DNA of 64,000 nucleotides, taken from contig CAYRKM010000001.1 in assembly GCA_964425075.1 (NCBI GenBank), forward strand, positions 705,793 to 769,792. The letters are read 5' to 3'. The notes below the pieces were generated by a model. That model ran no database searches and was not told where the DNA came from. It saw only the letters and a program-made list of their open reading frames with translations. Both the position numbers and the translations under genes were made by a program. This DNA comes from an uncultured Gammaproteobacteria bacterium. Its GTDB lineage: Bacteria; Patescibacteriota; Microgenomatia; Levybacterales; GWA1-39-11. Shown one piece after another: positions 48,902 through 57,971 of this stretch (within the stretch, counting starts at the first letter, position 1; each line of letters opens with the position of its first letter).

Positions 48902-49653
48902 ATACAAAGGCTATAATTAAACAATTTACTTCAATTTATAGAAATCAGGGGCCATTGTCTCTTTTTGTTTACCTTTTTAAGGCATTCAATGATGGATATA
49001 TAAACAAATATTTTCGAGGATCCTTTAGTCAAAAAGGAGAAGATTTGGTTATTGAAAAATTTATTGGTACAAAAAAGAGGGGTTTTTATATTGATGTTGG
49101 AGCGCATAATCCAAACGTTTTTAATAATACAAAAAAATTTTATTCGAAAGGCTGGAGGGGGATAAACATTGAACCAAATCCAGTTTTGTTCGAAGCTTTT
49201 ACTAGAGAACGCAAGCGAGATATCAATTTAAACATAGGGATTGGTAGAACAGAGGGTACAGCTTTATTTTACGAATTGGAACCAGACAGTCTTTCAACGT
49301 TTTCGGAAAAAGAAATGAAGGATAAATTGAAATTGGGATATGAATTAAGAAAGAAATATAAAATAAAAGTTACTAGCTTAAAAGAAATAATTTCTAAATA
49401 CTGCAAAACCAGGATAGATTTTTTATCAATTGATACTGAGGGTTTGGATTACGAAGTCCTGCAAAGTAACGATTGGAAAAGATTTAGACCCACATTGGTT
49501 TGCGTAGAGACAGCCGACTTTAATTCAAAAATAACTGGAACGAAAAAATCTAATAAAGAAAATCTTATCAATGCTTTTATGAAGAATAATGGCTATGAGG
49601 AAGTTTTCAGTAATGGCCTAAACTCACTTTATAAAGATTTGAAGAAAAATTAG
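48898..49653 (+). CDS. FkbM-family methyltransferase
   Basis: 251 aa. GFYIDVGAHNPNVFNNTKKF...GINIEPNP...IDFLSIDTEG matches the FkbM-family pattern. Confidence 0.6.
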   Translation: MNTKAIIKQFTSIYRNQGPLSLFVYLFKAFNDGYINKYFRGSFSQKGEDLVIEKFIGTKKRGFYIDVGAHNPNVFNNTKKFYSKGWRGINIEPNPVLFEAFTRERKRDINLNIGIGRTEGTALFYELEPDSLSTFSEKEMKDKLKLGYELRKKYKIKVTSLKEIISKYCKTRIDFLSIDTEGLDYEVLQSNDWKRFRPTLVCVETADFNSKITGTKKSNKENLINAFMKNNGYEEVFSNGLNSLYKDLKKN

Positions 49654-50324
49654 GTTAATTGTTGTCTTTTGGCTTCTTTAGTTTTTTTTGCGACTACATA
49701 CATGCCCATTGAGACGGGCTTAAATCTTCCATACTGTCCATAATCCACAATAGTAAATCCATATTTTTTCAAAAGGTTTGTTAGGCTTTTCTTGCTAAAA
49801 AATCTTATATGTTGGGCTGTAGGATTAAATGAAATTTCAAATCCGATAAGCGCAATTATTAAGTTTTTGATAGTCCCATGATATGGTGTACTAATAAATA
49901 TTTTGCCTCCTCTTTTCAAAACCCTATTCATTTCACTCACAAAGTTAGGAGTGTCGAATATATGCTCTATAACATCTGCAGCTAAGATAAAATCTACACT
50001 TTTATCATTCAAGGGAACTCTGTCGTCTCCTGATACAACATGAAACTTACCTTTTGGAAAATTCTTTTTTGCGCGGTTAATTGCATAAGAAGAGATATCT
50101 GTTCCAATTATCTTATATGGATTTACTTTCAAAAATTCCTCAATATACCTTCCTTCGCCGCAACCGAAATCAAGTATTGTGCTATTCTTTGGTGGAAGAA
50201 CCTCTTTTATTTTTGGCCACTTCCATTTAAAGTCATGTCCCTCCCAATGTCTATCTTCCTTCCACCAATAGTCGTAAAATTTTTTCATGAATAATATGCT
50301 ATCACATTTTGGCAAGTAATGCAT
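49650..50324 (-). CDS. Class I SAM-dependent methyltransferase
   Basis: 224 aa. ILDFGCGEGRY (motif I) and FILAADVIEHI. Confidence 0.65.
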   Translation of the reverse strand: MHYLPKCDSILFMKKFYDYWWKEDRHWEGHDFKWKWPKIKEVLPPKNSTILDFGCGEGRYIEEFLKVNPYKIIGTDISSYAINRAKKNFPKGKFHVVSGDDRVPLNDKSVDFILAADVIEHIFDTPNFVSEMNRVLKRGGKIFISTPYHGTIKNLIIALIGFEISFNPTAQHIRFFSKKSLTNLLKKYGFTIVDYGQYGRFKPVSMGMYVVAKKTKEAKRQQLT

Positions 50325-50331
50325 AGGTATT

Positions 50332-51396
50332 TTGAATGCTTATGTTTTTTTTGATAAGATACGAAAGATGAAAAAAAGAAAAAAAGAAGAACTGCCCTTC
50401 ATATCAATTGTTACAAATACTTACAATCCCGATCCTGTTTTATTTAAAGAGGTATTAAAGGCCTTAGCTATTCAAACTTACCCTAAAAAATTGGTTGAGC
50501 ATTTGGTAATTGATGGTGGTTCTACAAATGAAACTGTAAAACTTGCCCGCTCTTTTAAATGCCGTGTTGTTGTAAGAGCCGATCTTAAAGAACAAGAACA
50601 AATGCGTTCTAGTATGGGTTTTAAAATGGCGAAAGGAAAAATTATCGCTGTAATTCAATCAGATAATATTGTAACTTCAAAAAACTGGTTGTTAAAGATG
50701 GTGCAACCATTTATTGATAATCCAGATGTGTTTTGCGCATTCAGTCAAAAAAATAGTTATAGGAAAAATATGGATGTTCTAACTCGATATTGTGCACTGT
50801 TTGGTGTTAATGATCCAACGATTTATTATCTTAATAAGACGGAAAAATTAAGAATGGATGAGACAAAATATAATAAAGGCACGATTCTTGAGGAGAGGAA
50901 AGATTATTATATTGTGAAGTTTGACAGAAGTAATTTACCACCTCTTGGTGATAATGGCCATATGTTCTTGAAAAGCGCTATCAGAAAAGTTGCCAAGGAT
51001 ACTAAAAACTACATGCACACTGATGCTTTTGGTGCACTTCTTGATATGGGATATGACACTGTTGGAGTTGTGAAAAATTCAATTATTCATGCACAAAAAC
51101 CAAATATAATTAAGACTATAAAAAGAAGAGTAGAGCTAAAAGAAAAGTTTTACGATACTTATAGAGGAAAAAGGAAATATTTGGTTTACGATCCCGGTTC
51201 TGTGCGAGACAGAATAAATCTTGTCAAATATATAATTTTCTCTTTAACTATTGTAATTCCTTTGCTTGAAAGCATAAGAGGATATATGAGAATTCGAGAC
51301 AAAGCTTGGTTTCTGCATCCCCTAATGTGTTTGCTTATGGTTGTAGGATTTGGAGTATCGGAAATAAAGCATTCTTTTAACAAACTTCTTCGTTAA
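50332..51396 (+). CDS. GT2 family glycosyltransferase with C-terminal TM segment; paralog of 34105..35115
   Basis: ISIVTNTYNPDPVLF...VIDGGSTNET. A possible alternative start is Met 50368. Confidence 0.65.
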   Translation: MNAYVFFDKIRKMKKRKKEELPFISIVTNTYNPDPVLFKEVLKALAIQTYPKKLVEHLVIDGGSTNETVKLARSFKCRVVVRADLKEQEQMRSSMGFKMAKGKIIAVIQSDNIVTSKNWLLKMVQPFIDNPDVFCAFSQKNSYRKNMDVLTRYCALFGVNDPTIYYLNKTEKLRMDETKYNKGTILEERKDYYIVKFDRSNLPPLGDNGHMFLKSAIRKVAKDTKNYMHTDAFGALLDMGYDTVGVVKNSIIHAQKPNIIKTIKRRVELKEKFYDTYRGKRKYLVYDPGSVRDRINLVKYIIFSLTIVIPLLESIRGYMRIRDKAWFLHPLMCLLMVVGFGVSEIKHSFNKLLR

Positions 51397-51417
51397 ATTA
51401 AACCTTCCTAAAATACG

Positions 51418-51445
51418 TTGCTAGTGTTATTTTTCTTGTTATGAT
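51418..51445 (+). promoter_or_regulatory. Candidate promoter for 51461: TTGCTA, 16 nt spacer, TGtTATGAT (extended -10)
   Basis: The -35-like TTGCTA at 51418 and TATGAT at 51440, preceded by TG, sit 16 nt before the ATG, implying a very short leader. Confidence 0.3.
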
Positions 51446-51460
51446 AATATCGTAAAGATA

Positions 51461-52621
51461 ATGAAAAGCACCGCCAAATCAATAATATATGTAAATTATT
51501 CCCCCTACGAAAATTCTGGAAAAATATTAGATTATCTGTTAGAGAATTTCAAAATTGTGTGTCTTTTTTCAATCGGGTTCCACAGTTTGGAGAACAAAAA
51601 AAATTATAATATCCTCTCAATTTACAAAAAAGGTAAATTAATTGAAACTTATTCCTTGTTTCAATTACCCATTCCGCAAAATTTAGTTTTTATTCTTATT
51701 CCAATAAGGTCTGCAATTTCTTTTATAGAAATTATTATTTATTCAATATGGTTAAAGAATAAGTTTAAGAAAATTGACATTTATTTCACTGCAAATGCAT
51801 TCACTGCCTGGATAGGAAAAATTTTGAAGTCATTTCGAATTGTTAATAGGACTGTATTTTGGGTGTGGGATTATTACCCTCCAATTCATGAGAATAAATT
51901 GATAATGCTAATGCGCTATGTTTATTGGCAGTTTGATAAGATGAGTTCTCACTCTGATACGGTAGCATTTGTTAATCAAAGGTTACTTGATTTGAGAAAA
52001 GATATTGGAATTTATCCTAAGGACTCAGAATACCCTATTGTGCCAATTGGAACAGATAAAATTAAAATCAAAAATGAAAAAAAAGTGCGCAAGAAATTGA
52101 AATTTGGATTTATTGGTGTATTAAAGAAGAGTCAGGGGGTTGACATAATATTTAAGAATGCAAATGACTTAACCAAGAAATTTGGGGAAGTGAAGTACGA
52201 GATAGTTGGCTCTGGACCTGATGAAAAGTATTTTAAAGGTAGAGCTAGAAAATCTGGTATAAAAACAACCTTTTATGGATATCTTGAAGGGGATTCGTTT
52301 AACGACGTTTTAAAAGATTGCACTATTGGAATTGCAACATACACTTCTGAGGCTAGTAATGTTTCTCAGTATGGAGATCCAGGTAAAATTAAGAGATATT
52401 TGAGTTTGGGGATCCCGGTGATTACAACTGATATAATTGAATTTGCAGAAGAAATTGAAAAGTCTGGCGCAGGTGTTATTGTAAAATATAATGATAAGAA
52501 ATCTTTAATGGAGGCAGTTGAAAAAATTATGAATAAGCAGGAGGAGTATAGGAAGAATGCATATAAGCTTGGCCAAAAATTTTATTATAGAAAAATTTAT
52601 CCGCAGATGTTTGCAATTTAA
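51461..52621 (+). CDS. GT-B glycosyltransferase (GT4-like)
   Basis: 386 aa. C-terminal Rossmann domain with FGFIGVLKKSQG...GDPGKIKRYLSLGIPVITTD. Confidence 0.5.
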   Translation: MKSTAKSIIYVNYSPYENSGKILDYLLENFKIVCLFSIGFHSLENKKNYNILSIYKKGKLIETYSLFQLPIPQNLVFILIPIRSAISFIEIIIYSIWLKNKFKKIDIYFTANAFTAWIGKILKSFRIVNRTVFWVWDYYPPIHENKLIMLMRYVYWQFDKMSSHSDTVAFVNQRLLDLRKDIGIYPKDSEYPIVPIGTDKIKIKNEKKVRKKLKFGFIGVLKKSQGVDIIFKNANDLTKKFGEVKYEIVGSGPDEKYFKGRARKSGIKTTFYGYLEGDSFNDVLKDCTIGIATYTSEASNVSQYGDPGKIKRYLSLGIPVITTDIIEFAEEIEKSGAGVIVKYNDKKSLMEAVEKIMNKQEEYRKNAYKLGQKFYYRKIYPQMFAI

Positions 52622-54612
52622 TGACAAATAGACTAGACAAGATTACTGTACCTACCCTCGTTTTTTTATTAATTCTCTCGATTTTTTATAGGTGGTTTTG
52701 GGGTGGTGTTCTTGCGGGTGGAGACTGGCCATATCTATATCCTCAGGGTGTTCTTGAAGTTGTCCCTTTGTCTTCATGGGATCTTCTTTTTAATAATGGT
52801 ATGGGGCAGAGTGCTTTTCCTAAAATCTGGTTTGACGCGTATTCTCTTTTAATAGTAAAACTTGCCCAATTTTTGCCTTGGGGAGTCTTTGAAAGACTTG
52901 TGTGGTTTTTCCCGTATATTGTGGTTTCTTTTTTTGCTTCTTATTTTCTTGGGAAAAAGATGAATTTGTCCTCAAATTTTGCCTGTCTTGCCGGAGTAAT
53001 TTATTCGCTTAATACCTACATTTTTATGGTTGTTTCAGGGGGGCAGGCTGGTGTCTTTACTGCATATGCTTTTATGCCGGTAGTTTTTTATGGAGTTCTT
53101 AGTTTATTTGAAAATTTTACGTTTAGGCGATCTTTAATCCTCTCCCTTTGCTTCTCGATTCTTATGCTGCTCGATTTAAGAGTGGGATATATGTTTTTGT
53201 TTGCTTTGTTTTTATTTACTATTGTTAATCTCACTTTTTATCCTAAAGGTTTTATTAAAAAAGTAATGTTAATATTTACAGTTCCGGGAGTTGTTGCATT
53301 TCTCTTGCATATTTTTTGGATAGGTCCAATTTTAATAATGAGAAGAAATCCAGCCGTAGAACTTACGGATGTTTATACATCCTCATCAACTTTAGATTTT
53401 TTTAGTTTTGCCAGACTTGAAAATGCAATAAGCCTTCTGCATCCCAACTGGCCTGATAATATTTTTGGGAAAGTAGCATTCCTAAGACCCGAATTTTTAA
53501 TAACCCCAATAATAGTATTTGTGTCACTTCTCTTTGTTGAAAAAGAGAAAAAATCTAGAAAGTTGTATTTATTGTCATTCATGCTGTTGGCATTATTTGG
53601 AATTTTCCTGGCAAAAGGTACCAATGATCCTTTTGGGGAAATATACAGAACCGCTTTTAACGTCATTCCAGGTTTTGTAATGTTTCGCGACCCAACAAAG
53701 TGGTACATGCTAATTGCTGTCTCTTTTTCAGTTTTAATTCCTTACTCACTTTCTAAGCTGACAGAAATTTTTGTAAACTTGAAATTTAAAAAGGCGGAAT
53801 TAATAGTATGTGCTGTGTTTCTTATTTTTTGGGCATTTATTATGCAGGATGCTGTTTCTGGAAAGGTTAAGGGAACTTTTTATCCTCGGCAGATTCCTTC
53901 AGAATTTAGTAGTCTTGCTGAGAAAATTTCCAATGATAAAGAATTTTATCGAACACTTTGGGTGCCAACATATCCTACGCTTGCTTATGTTTCCAATACG
54001 CATCCGGCAATTCCTGGAATCGAATTTTTTAAGGCAACTTCACTCGACAACCTATTAAATAATCTTGAAAAAGGAAATAATATAACTCAACTACAATATG
54101 CATCTGTTAAATATGTAATTTTACCTGAAGACATTTATGGAAGGATTTTTGTAAATGATAGAAAATACGATGACAACGTATACAAAAGAGCTCTTGATAA
54201 ATTGGAAAAAAATTCAAATATAAAAGAGGTAGGTAGATACGGTAAAAATGTTGTTTTTGAAATCAAAAACCCAAAACAGCATTTTTGGTTGGAGAACAAC
54301 TCTGCTAAAGTGAACTACAAATATGTCTCTCCCACCGAATACATCTTGGATATCTCAAACGTAAAGAAGGGTGACAGGCTTATTTTTTCAGAAACTTTTG
54401 ATAAATTTTGGGAGGCAAAAAACGATAAATTTGTTGTGGGTAGTGCTCAATTTGGCAGGTTTAATAGTTTTAGTCTGCCAAAAGAAGGAACTTATCAATT
54501 TAGGGTTATTTACAAACCTCAGGCATGGCTAAATATGGGTTTATTTATAAGTGGAGCATGCTTATTAATTGTCGCGATTTTAATTATCAAGATTAAGGAT
54601 AAAAAAATATGA
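52621..54612 (+). CDS. Polytopic membrane protein, GT-C-like, with extracytoplasmic C-terminal domain and terminal TM anchor; related to 41799
   Basis: 663 aa. GGDWPYLYPQ motif after TM1. The C-terminus FSETFDKFWEAKND...EGTYQFRVIYKP plus a TM helix parallels the C-terminus of 41799. Confidence 0.5.
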   Translation: MTNRLDKITVPTLVFLLILSIFYRWFWGGVLAGGDWPYLYPQGVLEVVPLSSWDLLFNNGMGQSAFPKIWFDAYSLLIVKLAQFLPWGVFERLVWFFPYIVVSFFASYFLGKKMNLSSNFACLAGVIYSLNTYIFMVVSGGQAGVFTAYAFMPVVFYGVLSLFENFTFRRSLILSLCFSILMLLDLRVGYMFLFALFLFTIVNLTFYPKGFIKKVMLIFTVPGVVAFLLHIFWIGPILIMRRNPAVELTDVYTSSSTLDFFSFARLENAISLLHPNWPDNIFGKVAFLRPEFLITPIIVFVSLLFVEKEKKSRKLYLLSFMLLALFGIFLAKGTNDPFGEIYRTAFNVIPGFVMFRDPTKWYMLIAVSFSVLIPYSLSKLTEIFVNLKFKKAELIVCAVFLIFWAFIMQDAVSGKVKGTFYPRQIPSEFSSLAEKISNDKEFYRTLWVPTYPTLAYVSNTHPAIPGIEFFKATSLDNLLNNLEKGNNITQLQYASVKYVILPEDIYGRIFVNDRKYDDNVYKRALDKLEKNSNIKEVGRYGKNVVFEIKNPKQHFWLENNSAKVNYKYVSPTEYILDISNVKKGDRLIFSETFDKFWEAKNDKFVVGSAQFGRFNSFSLPKEGTYQFRVIYKPQAWLNMGLFISGACLLIVAILIIKIKDKKI

Positions 54613-54836
54613 AACCACAGGACTTAGTATTTATTGCAATAATTATAATATTATTTTTTCTAAAAAAACCAAGAGCGATGGTAGTAGCTGGTTTAGTTTG
54701 TCTTTTGCTTGCTATTCCATTGTTTGGCTTCTGGATATTTTTTACTGCACAAAGATTAACTTATTATGCAGCAGGTTTTTTTCTTGCCGCGAGTATTCTA
54801 TATTTGTGGTTTCTAAGGATAAAAAATACTAAATGA
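54609..54836 (+). CDS. Small 2-TM membrane protein
   Basis: 75 aa with two hydrophobic helices. ATGA-coupled to both neighbouring genes. Confidence 0.35.
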   Translation: MKPQDLVFIAIIIILFFLKKPRAMVVAGLVCLLLAIPLFGFWIFFTAQRLTYYAAGFFLAASILYLWFLRIKNTK

Positions 54837-56008
54837 TAAATTTAATTAAATCAACATTCTATAATGAGGAATTAACTAAGAAAAAATTAGCCTCTTTTAT
54901 CAAGCGCTCTACTAAATTAAGCTTTGGAAATTACTGTCAGAAATTTGAGAAACAATTCGCAAAGTACCAGGGCAGAAAATATTGCATATTTGTAAATAGT
55001 GGAAGTTCGGCAAATTTAGCTTTGATTCAGTCTCTTCTTAACCTTAGGAAAATTAAGAAAGGGGATAGAGTAGGATTCTCTGCTTTAACATGGTCTACAA
55101 ATGTTATGCCACTTATCCAGTTGGGTCTTGAACCTGTACCAATTGATGTGGAGCTTTCGACCCTTAATATTTCAAGCAAGACGCTTCAGTTAACACTTAA
55201 AAAAAATAAAATAAAAATGTTGTTTCTTACCAATCTTTTGGGATTTTGTAGCGACATTGACGAAATTCAAAAAATTTGCAAGCAAGAAAGAATAATTTTA
55301 ATCGAGGACACATGCGAATCATTGGGAACTGTTTATAAAGGAAAAAAACTCGGAAATTTTGGTGTCGCTTCTACCTTCTCCTTTTATGTAGGACATCACA
55401 TGTCAACAATTGAAGGAGGAGCAATAGTAACAGATAGTTTGGAGCTTGCAAATCAATTAAGAATTGTAAGAGCGCATGGGTGGGATAGGAATCTTACATT
55501 AAAGCGGCAGGAAAAAATGAGAAGCAATTTTAAAGTGAATTCAACATTTTATTCTCGATACACATTTTATGATTTGGGTTTTAATTTAAGGCCTACAGAA
55601 ATTAATGGATATATAGGTTGCTTGCAAATTCAGTATATCAATGAAATTACAAGAACCAGAAACAAAAATTTTTTTGAGTTTGCAAAGAAAATATATTCTC
55701 GTACAGATAAATATTATCCGATTAGCTTTTCGCATATTGATTTTGTATCAAACTTTGCAGTTCCAGTTATTTGTAAGACTAAAAAAATCAGAGATGAATT
55801 AGTTGAAAAGTGTGATAATAAGGTTGAGATACGTCCAATTGTGGGAGGGAATATTGTTTCTCAGCCCTTTTTTGCAAAATATTTTTCATACTCAAAAAAA
55901 GATAATCCAAACGCTTCTCTTGTCCATGAACAGGGATTATACTTTGGTAACAATCCTGAATTAACAAAAAGAGAAAAGAGCGAGATTATTAAGATTTTTG
56001 CGGATTAG
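54833..56008 (+). CDS. DegT-family PLP/PMP-dependent sugar 3-dehydratase (ColD/E1 (RfbH)-like; His replaces the catalytic Lys)
   Basis: 391 aa. EDTCESLG, TFSFYVGHHMSTIEGGAIVTD and RAHGWDRNL match the ColD/E1 3-dehydratase pattern, in which His replaces the PLP-binding Lys. Confidence 0.6.
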   Translation: MINLIKSTFYNEELTKKKLASFIKRSTKLSFGNYCQKFEKQFAKYQGRKYCIFVNSGSSANLALIQSLLNLRKIKKGDRVGFSALTWSTNVMPLIQLGLEPVPIDVELSTLNISSKTLQLTLKKNKIKMLFLTNLLGFCSDIDEIQKICKQERIILIEDTCESLGTVYKGKKLGNFGVASTFSFYVGHHMSTIEGGAIVTDSLELANQLRIVRAHGWDRNLTLKRQEKMRSNFKVNSTFYSRYTFYDLGFNLRPTEINGYIGCLQIQYINEITRTRNKNFFEFAKKIYSRTDKYYPISFSHIDFVSNFAVPVICKTKKIRDELVEKCDNKVEIRPIVGGNIVSQPFFAKYFSYSKKDNPNASLVHEQGLYFGNNPELTKREKSEIIKIFAD

Positions 56009-56714
56009 TTGAAGGTGCATTTTTTACTCCATACAAAAACCACTTAAAATAACTTGGAAGCCACTTCAAAAGTTTGAATTTTGATGTTCCATGTATTCTT
56101 TCTTTCCAAACAGTGGGAACTTCATCAATTTTGTAACCCAATCTATATGCCTTAACAGTTAACTCAAGAGGGAGTTCGAACCCGCCAGTGCTTTCAATTT
56201 TTATATCTTTAAGAATTTCTCTTCTAAAACATTTAAACGCATTTGTTGCGTCTAATGTATTAATTCCTGAAAAGCGATTTAGAAGAGTACTTCCTATCCT
56301 TGAAAGCCCGCCTTTTATTTTCGGACCGCCAACTCTTTTCCCTCCACGGCTATATCGAGAACCTGAAACAAAATCTGCACCAGAATCAAGTTTTTTTACC
56401 ATTTTATCTACGTCTTTTGGATTATCTGAAAGATCTGCCATCATAATACAAACATATTCAGTTTGGGATTCTTCAAGACCCGTTTTTAGAGCCTTAATAA
56501 CACCAATCCCATACTTATTTTTAACAAGTCTTATATCTTTGTTCCCTTTGCCCCATTTCTTAATAGCATTAATTGTTGGGTCAGTATTTGTGTCATAGAT
56601 AAAATTTATAATGTAGGGCGTTTTGACATAAGAAGTAATACCCTTTAGCAAAGGAGGAATATTTGCTGCCTCATTGAAGACAGGTATAACGAATGTAAGT
56701 TTCTTTTTTTTCAC
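55989..56714 (-). CDS. GT2, polyprenyl-phosphate sugar synthase type (Ppm/ArnC-like)
   Basis: 241 aa. LTFVIPVFNEAANIPPLL...MMADLSDNP. Last gene of a three-gene minus-strand operon. Confidence 0.65.
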   Translation of the reverse strand: MKKKKLTFVIPVFNEAANIPPLLKGITSYVKTPYIINFIYDTNTDPTINAIKKWGKGNKDIRLVKNKYGIGVIKALKTGLEESQTEYVCIMMADLSDNPKDVDKMVKKLDSGADFVSGSRYSRGGKRVGGPKIKGGLSRIGSTLLNRFSGINTLDATNAFKCFRREILKDIKIESTGGFELPLELTVKAYRLGYKIDEVPTVWKERIHGTSKFKLLKWLPSYFKWFLYGVKNAPSTNPQKS

Positions 56715-57970
56715 TAGTCAGAATTAATTCGATATATAATTTTATTTTTCCCTAAAACATTCCAAATATCACACACTAAGCAATTTTTTTTGACCAACCT
56801 TTTAATTTTATTAATATTTAACTTTCTATAGTCCTTATGATTTGTAGCAATAAAGATTAAATCAGCGTCTTTAAGTGCTTCATATGGGTCTTGAATAATT
56901 TCCTGATTTGCATAGCTTTTGACATATGGGTCATGAAGAGTTAATTTTGCTCTTTCGCGAAGCAGTGCTTTTCTAACTTTAAAGCTTAATGACTCTCTAA
57001 TATCATCAATCTCCGATTTGAATGAGAGCCCCAAGATTACAGCTTTTTTGCCATCTAGCTTCATGCGTTCACGTATAAGTTTTACTAGGAGAAGTGGAAT
57101 TGATTCATTGATTTTCCAACTTGTTGTAATCAAGTCAATATATGGAATATCTGAGATTAAAAAGAATCCATCTTTAAAAAGGCAAGGTCCACCAGTAAGC
57201 CCTGGCACGGTTAGTCCTCCGCGTTTGTACTTATAATTTACAAGATTCACAATTTCATAGATATCCCGATGGTAATTTTGTGCAAGCAGCATAAATTCAT
57301 TTGCAATCGCAAAATTAATATAGCGATACATATTCGTAAAAAGTTTTGCAAGTTCTGCAGATGTGTCATCAGTAAGTAGGGTTTGAACGCCCATTTTTTT
57401 AAAAATTTCCTCTGCCTTTTTTGCGCTTTTCTTATCAACTCCACCAATAATTTGTGGGATTTCACGCATTTCGTCCAAAGAATTTCCTTCGGCAATTCTT
57501 TCGGGGCAGAATGCAATATAAAAGTTTTTTCCGGCAATTAAATTTGCTTTTTCTTCTATTAAAGATTTAACAAATTGAGTTGTTCTTGGAGAGACAGTAC
57601 TTCTTAGAATGAGTGTTTGATTCGGTTGTAAGTAGCTCATTGCAGAGGTCAGTGCTTGATTGATTTGGTCAAGAATTGGGTTCATATTCTCATCAACGGG
57701 CGTTCCAAGGGTTAGTATAACGTAGCTACATTCTGAAATTACCGAATAATCTGTTGTAAAATTCAAACTTTTTTTTATATTTTTGCGAAGTAATTGGGTT
57801 GCGCCTTTTTCCATAAAGGGCATTTTTCCACGCAATAGATTACTTATCTTTTCCTCATTCTTACCAACTCCATATACCATGTATCCTAATTCCGACAAGA
57901 ATAAAGCCAGCGGAAGCCCAACTCTCCCAATCCCTATAACTGCAATTGATTCTTTTTGTTTACTCTCCAT
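56714..57970 (-). CDS. Nucleotide-sugar 6-dehydrogenase (UDP-glucose/UDP-ManNAc/UDP-GlcNAc dehydrogenase family)
   Basis: 418 aa. N-terminal IAVIGIGRVGLPLALFL Rossmann motif, central GGPCLFKD catalytic-Cys motif and a C-terminal UDP-binding domain. Confidence 0.7.
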   Translation of the reverse strand: MESKQKESIAVIGIGRVGLPLALFLSELGYMVYGVGKNEEKISNLLRGKMPFMEKGATQLLRKNIKKSLNFTTDYSVISECSYVILTLGTPVDENMNPILDQINQALTSAMSYLQPNQTLILRSTVSPRTTQFVKSLIEEKANLIAGKNFYIAFCPERIAEGNSLDEMREIPQIIGGVDKKSAKKAEEIFKKMGVQTLLTDDTSAELAKLFTNMYRYINFAIANEFMLLAQNYHRDIYEIVNLVNYKYKRGGLTVPGLTGGPCLFKDGFFLISDIPYIDLITTSWKINESIPLLLVKLIRERMKLDGKKAVILGLSFKSEIDDIRESLSFKVRKALLRERAKLTLHDPYVKSYANQEIIQDPYEALKDADLIFIATNHKDYRKLNINKIKRLVKKNCLVCDIWNVLGKNKIIYRINSD

Positions 57971-57971
57971 T

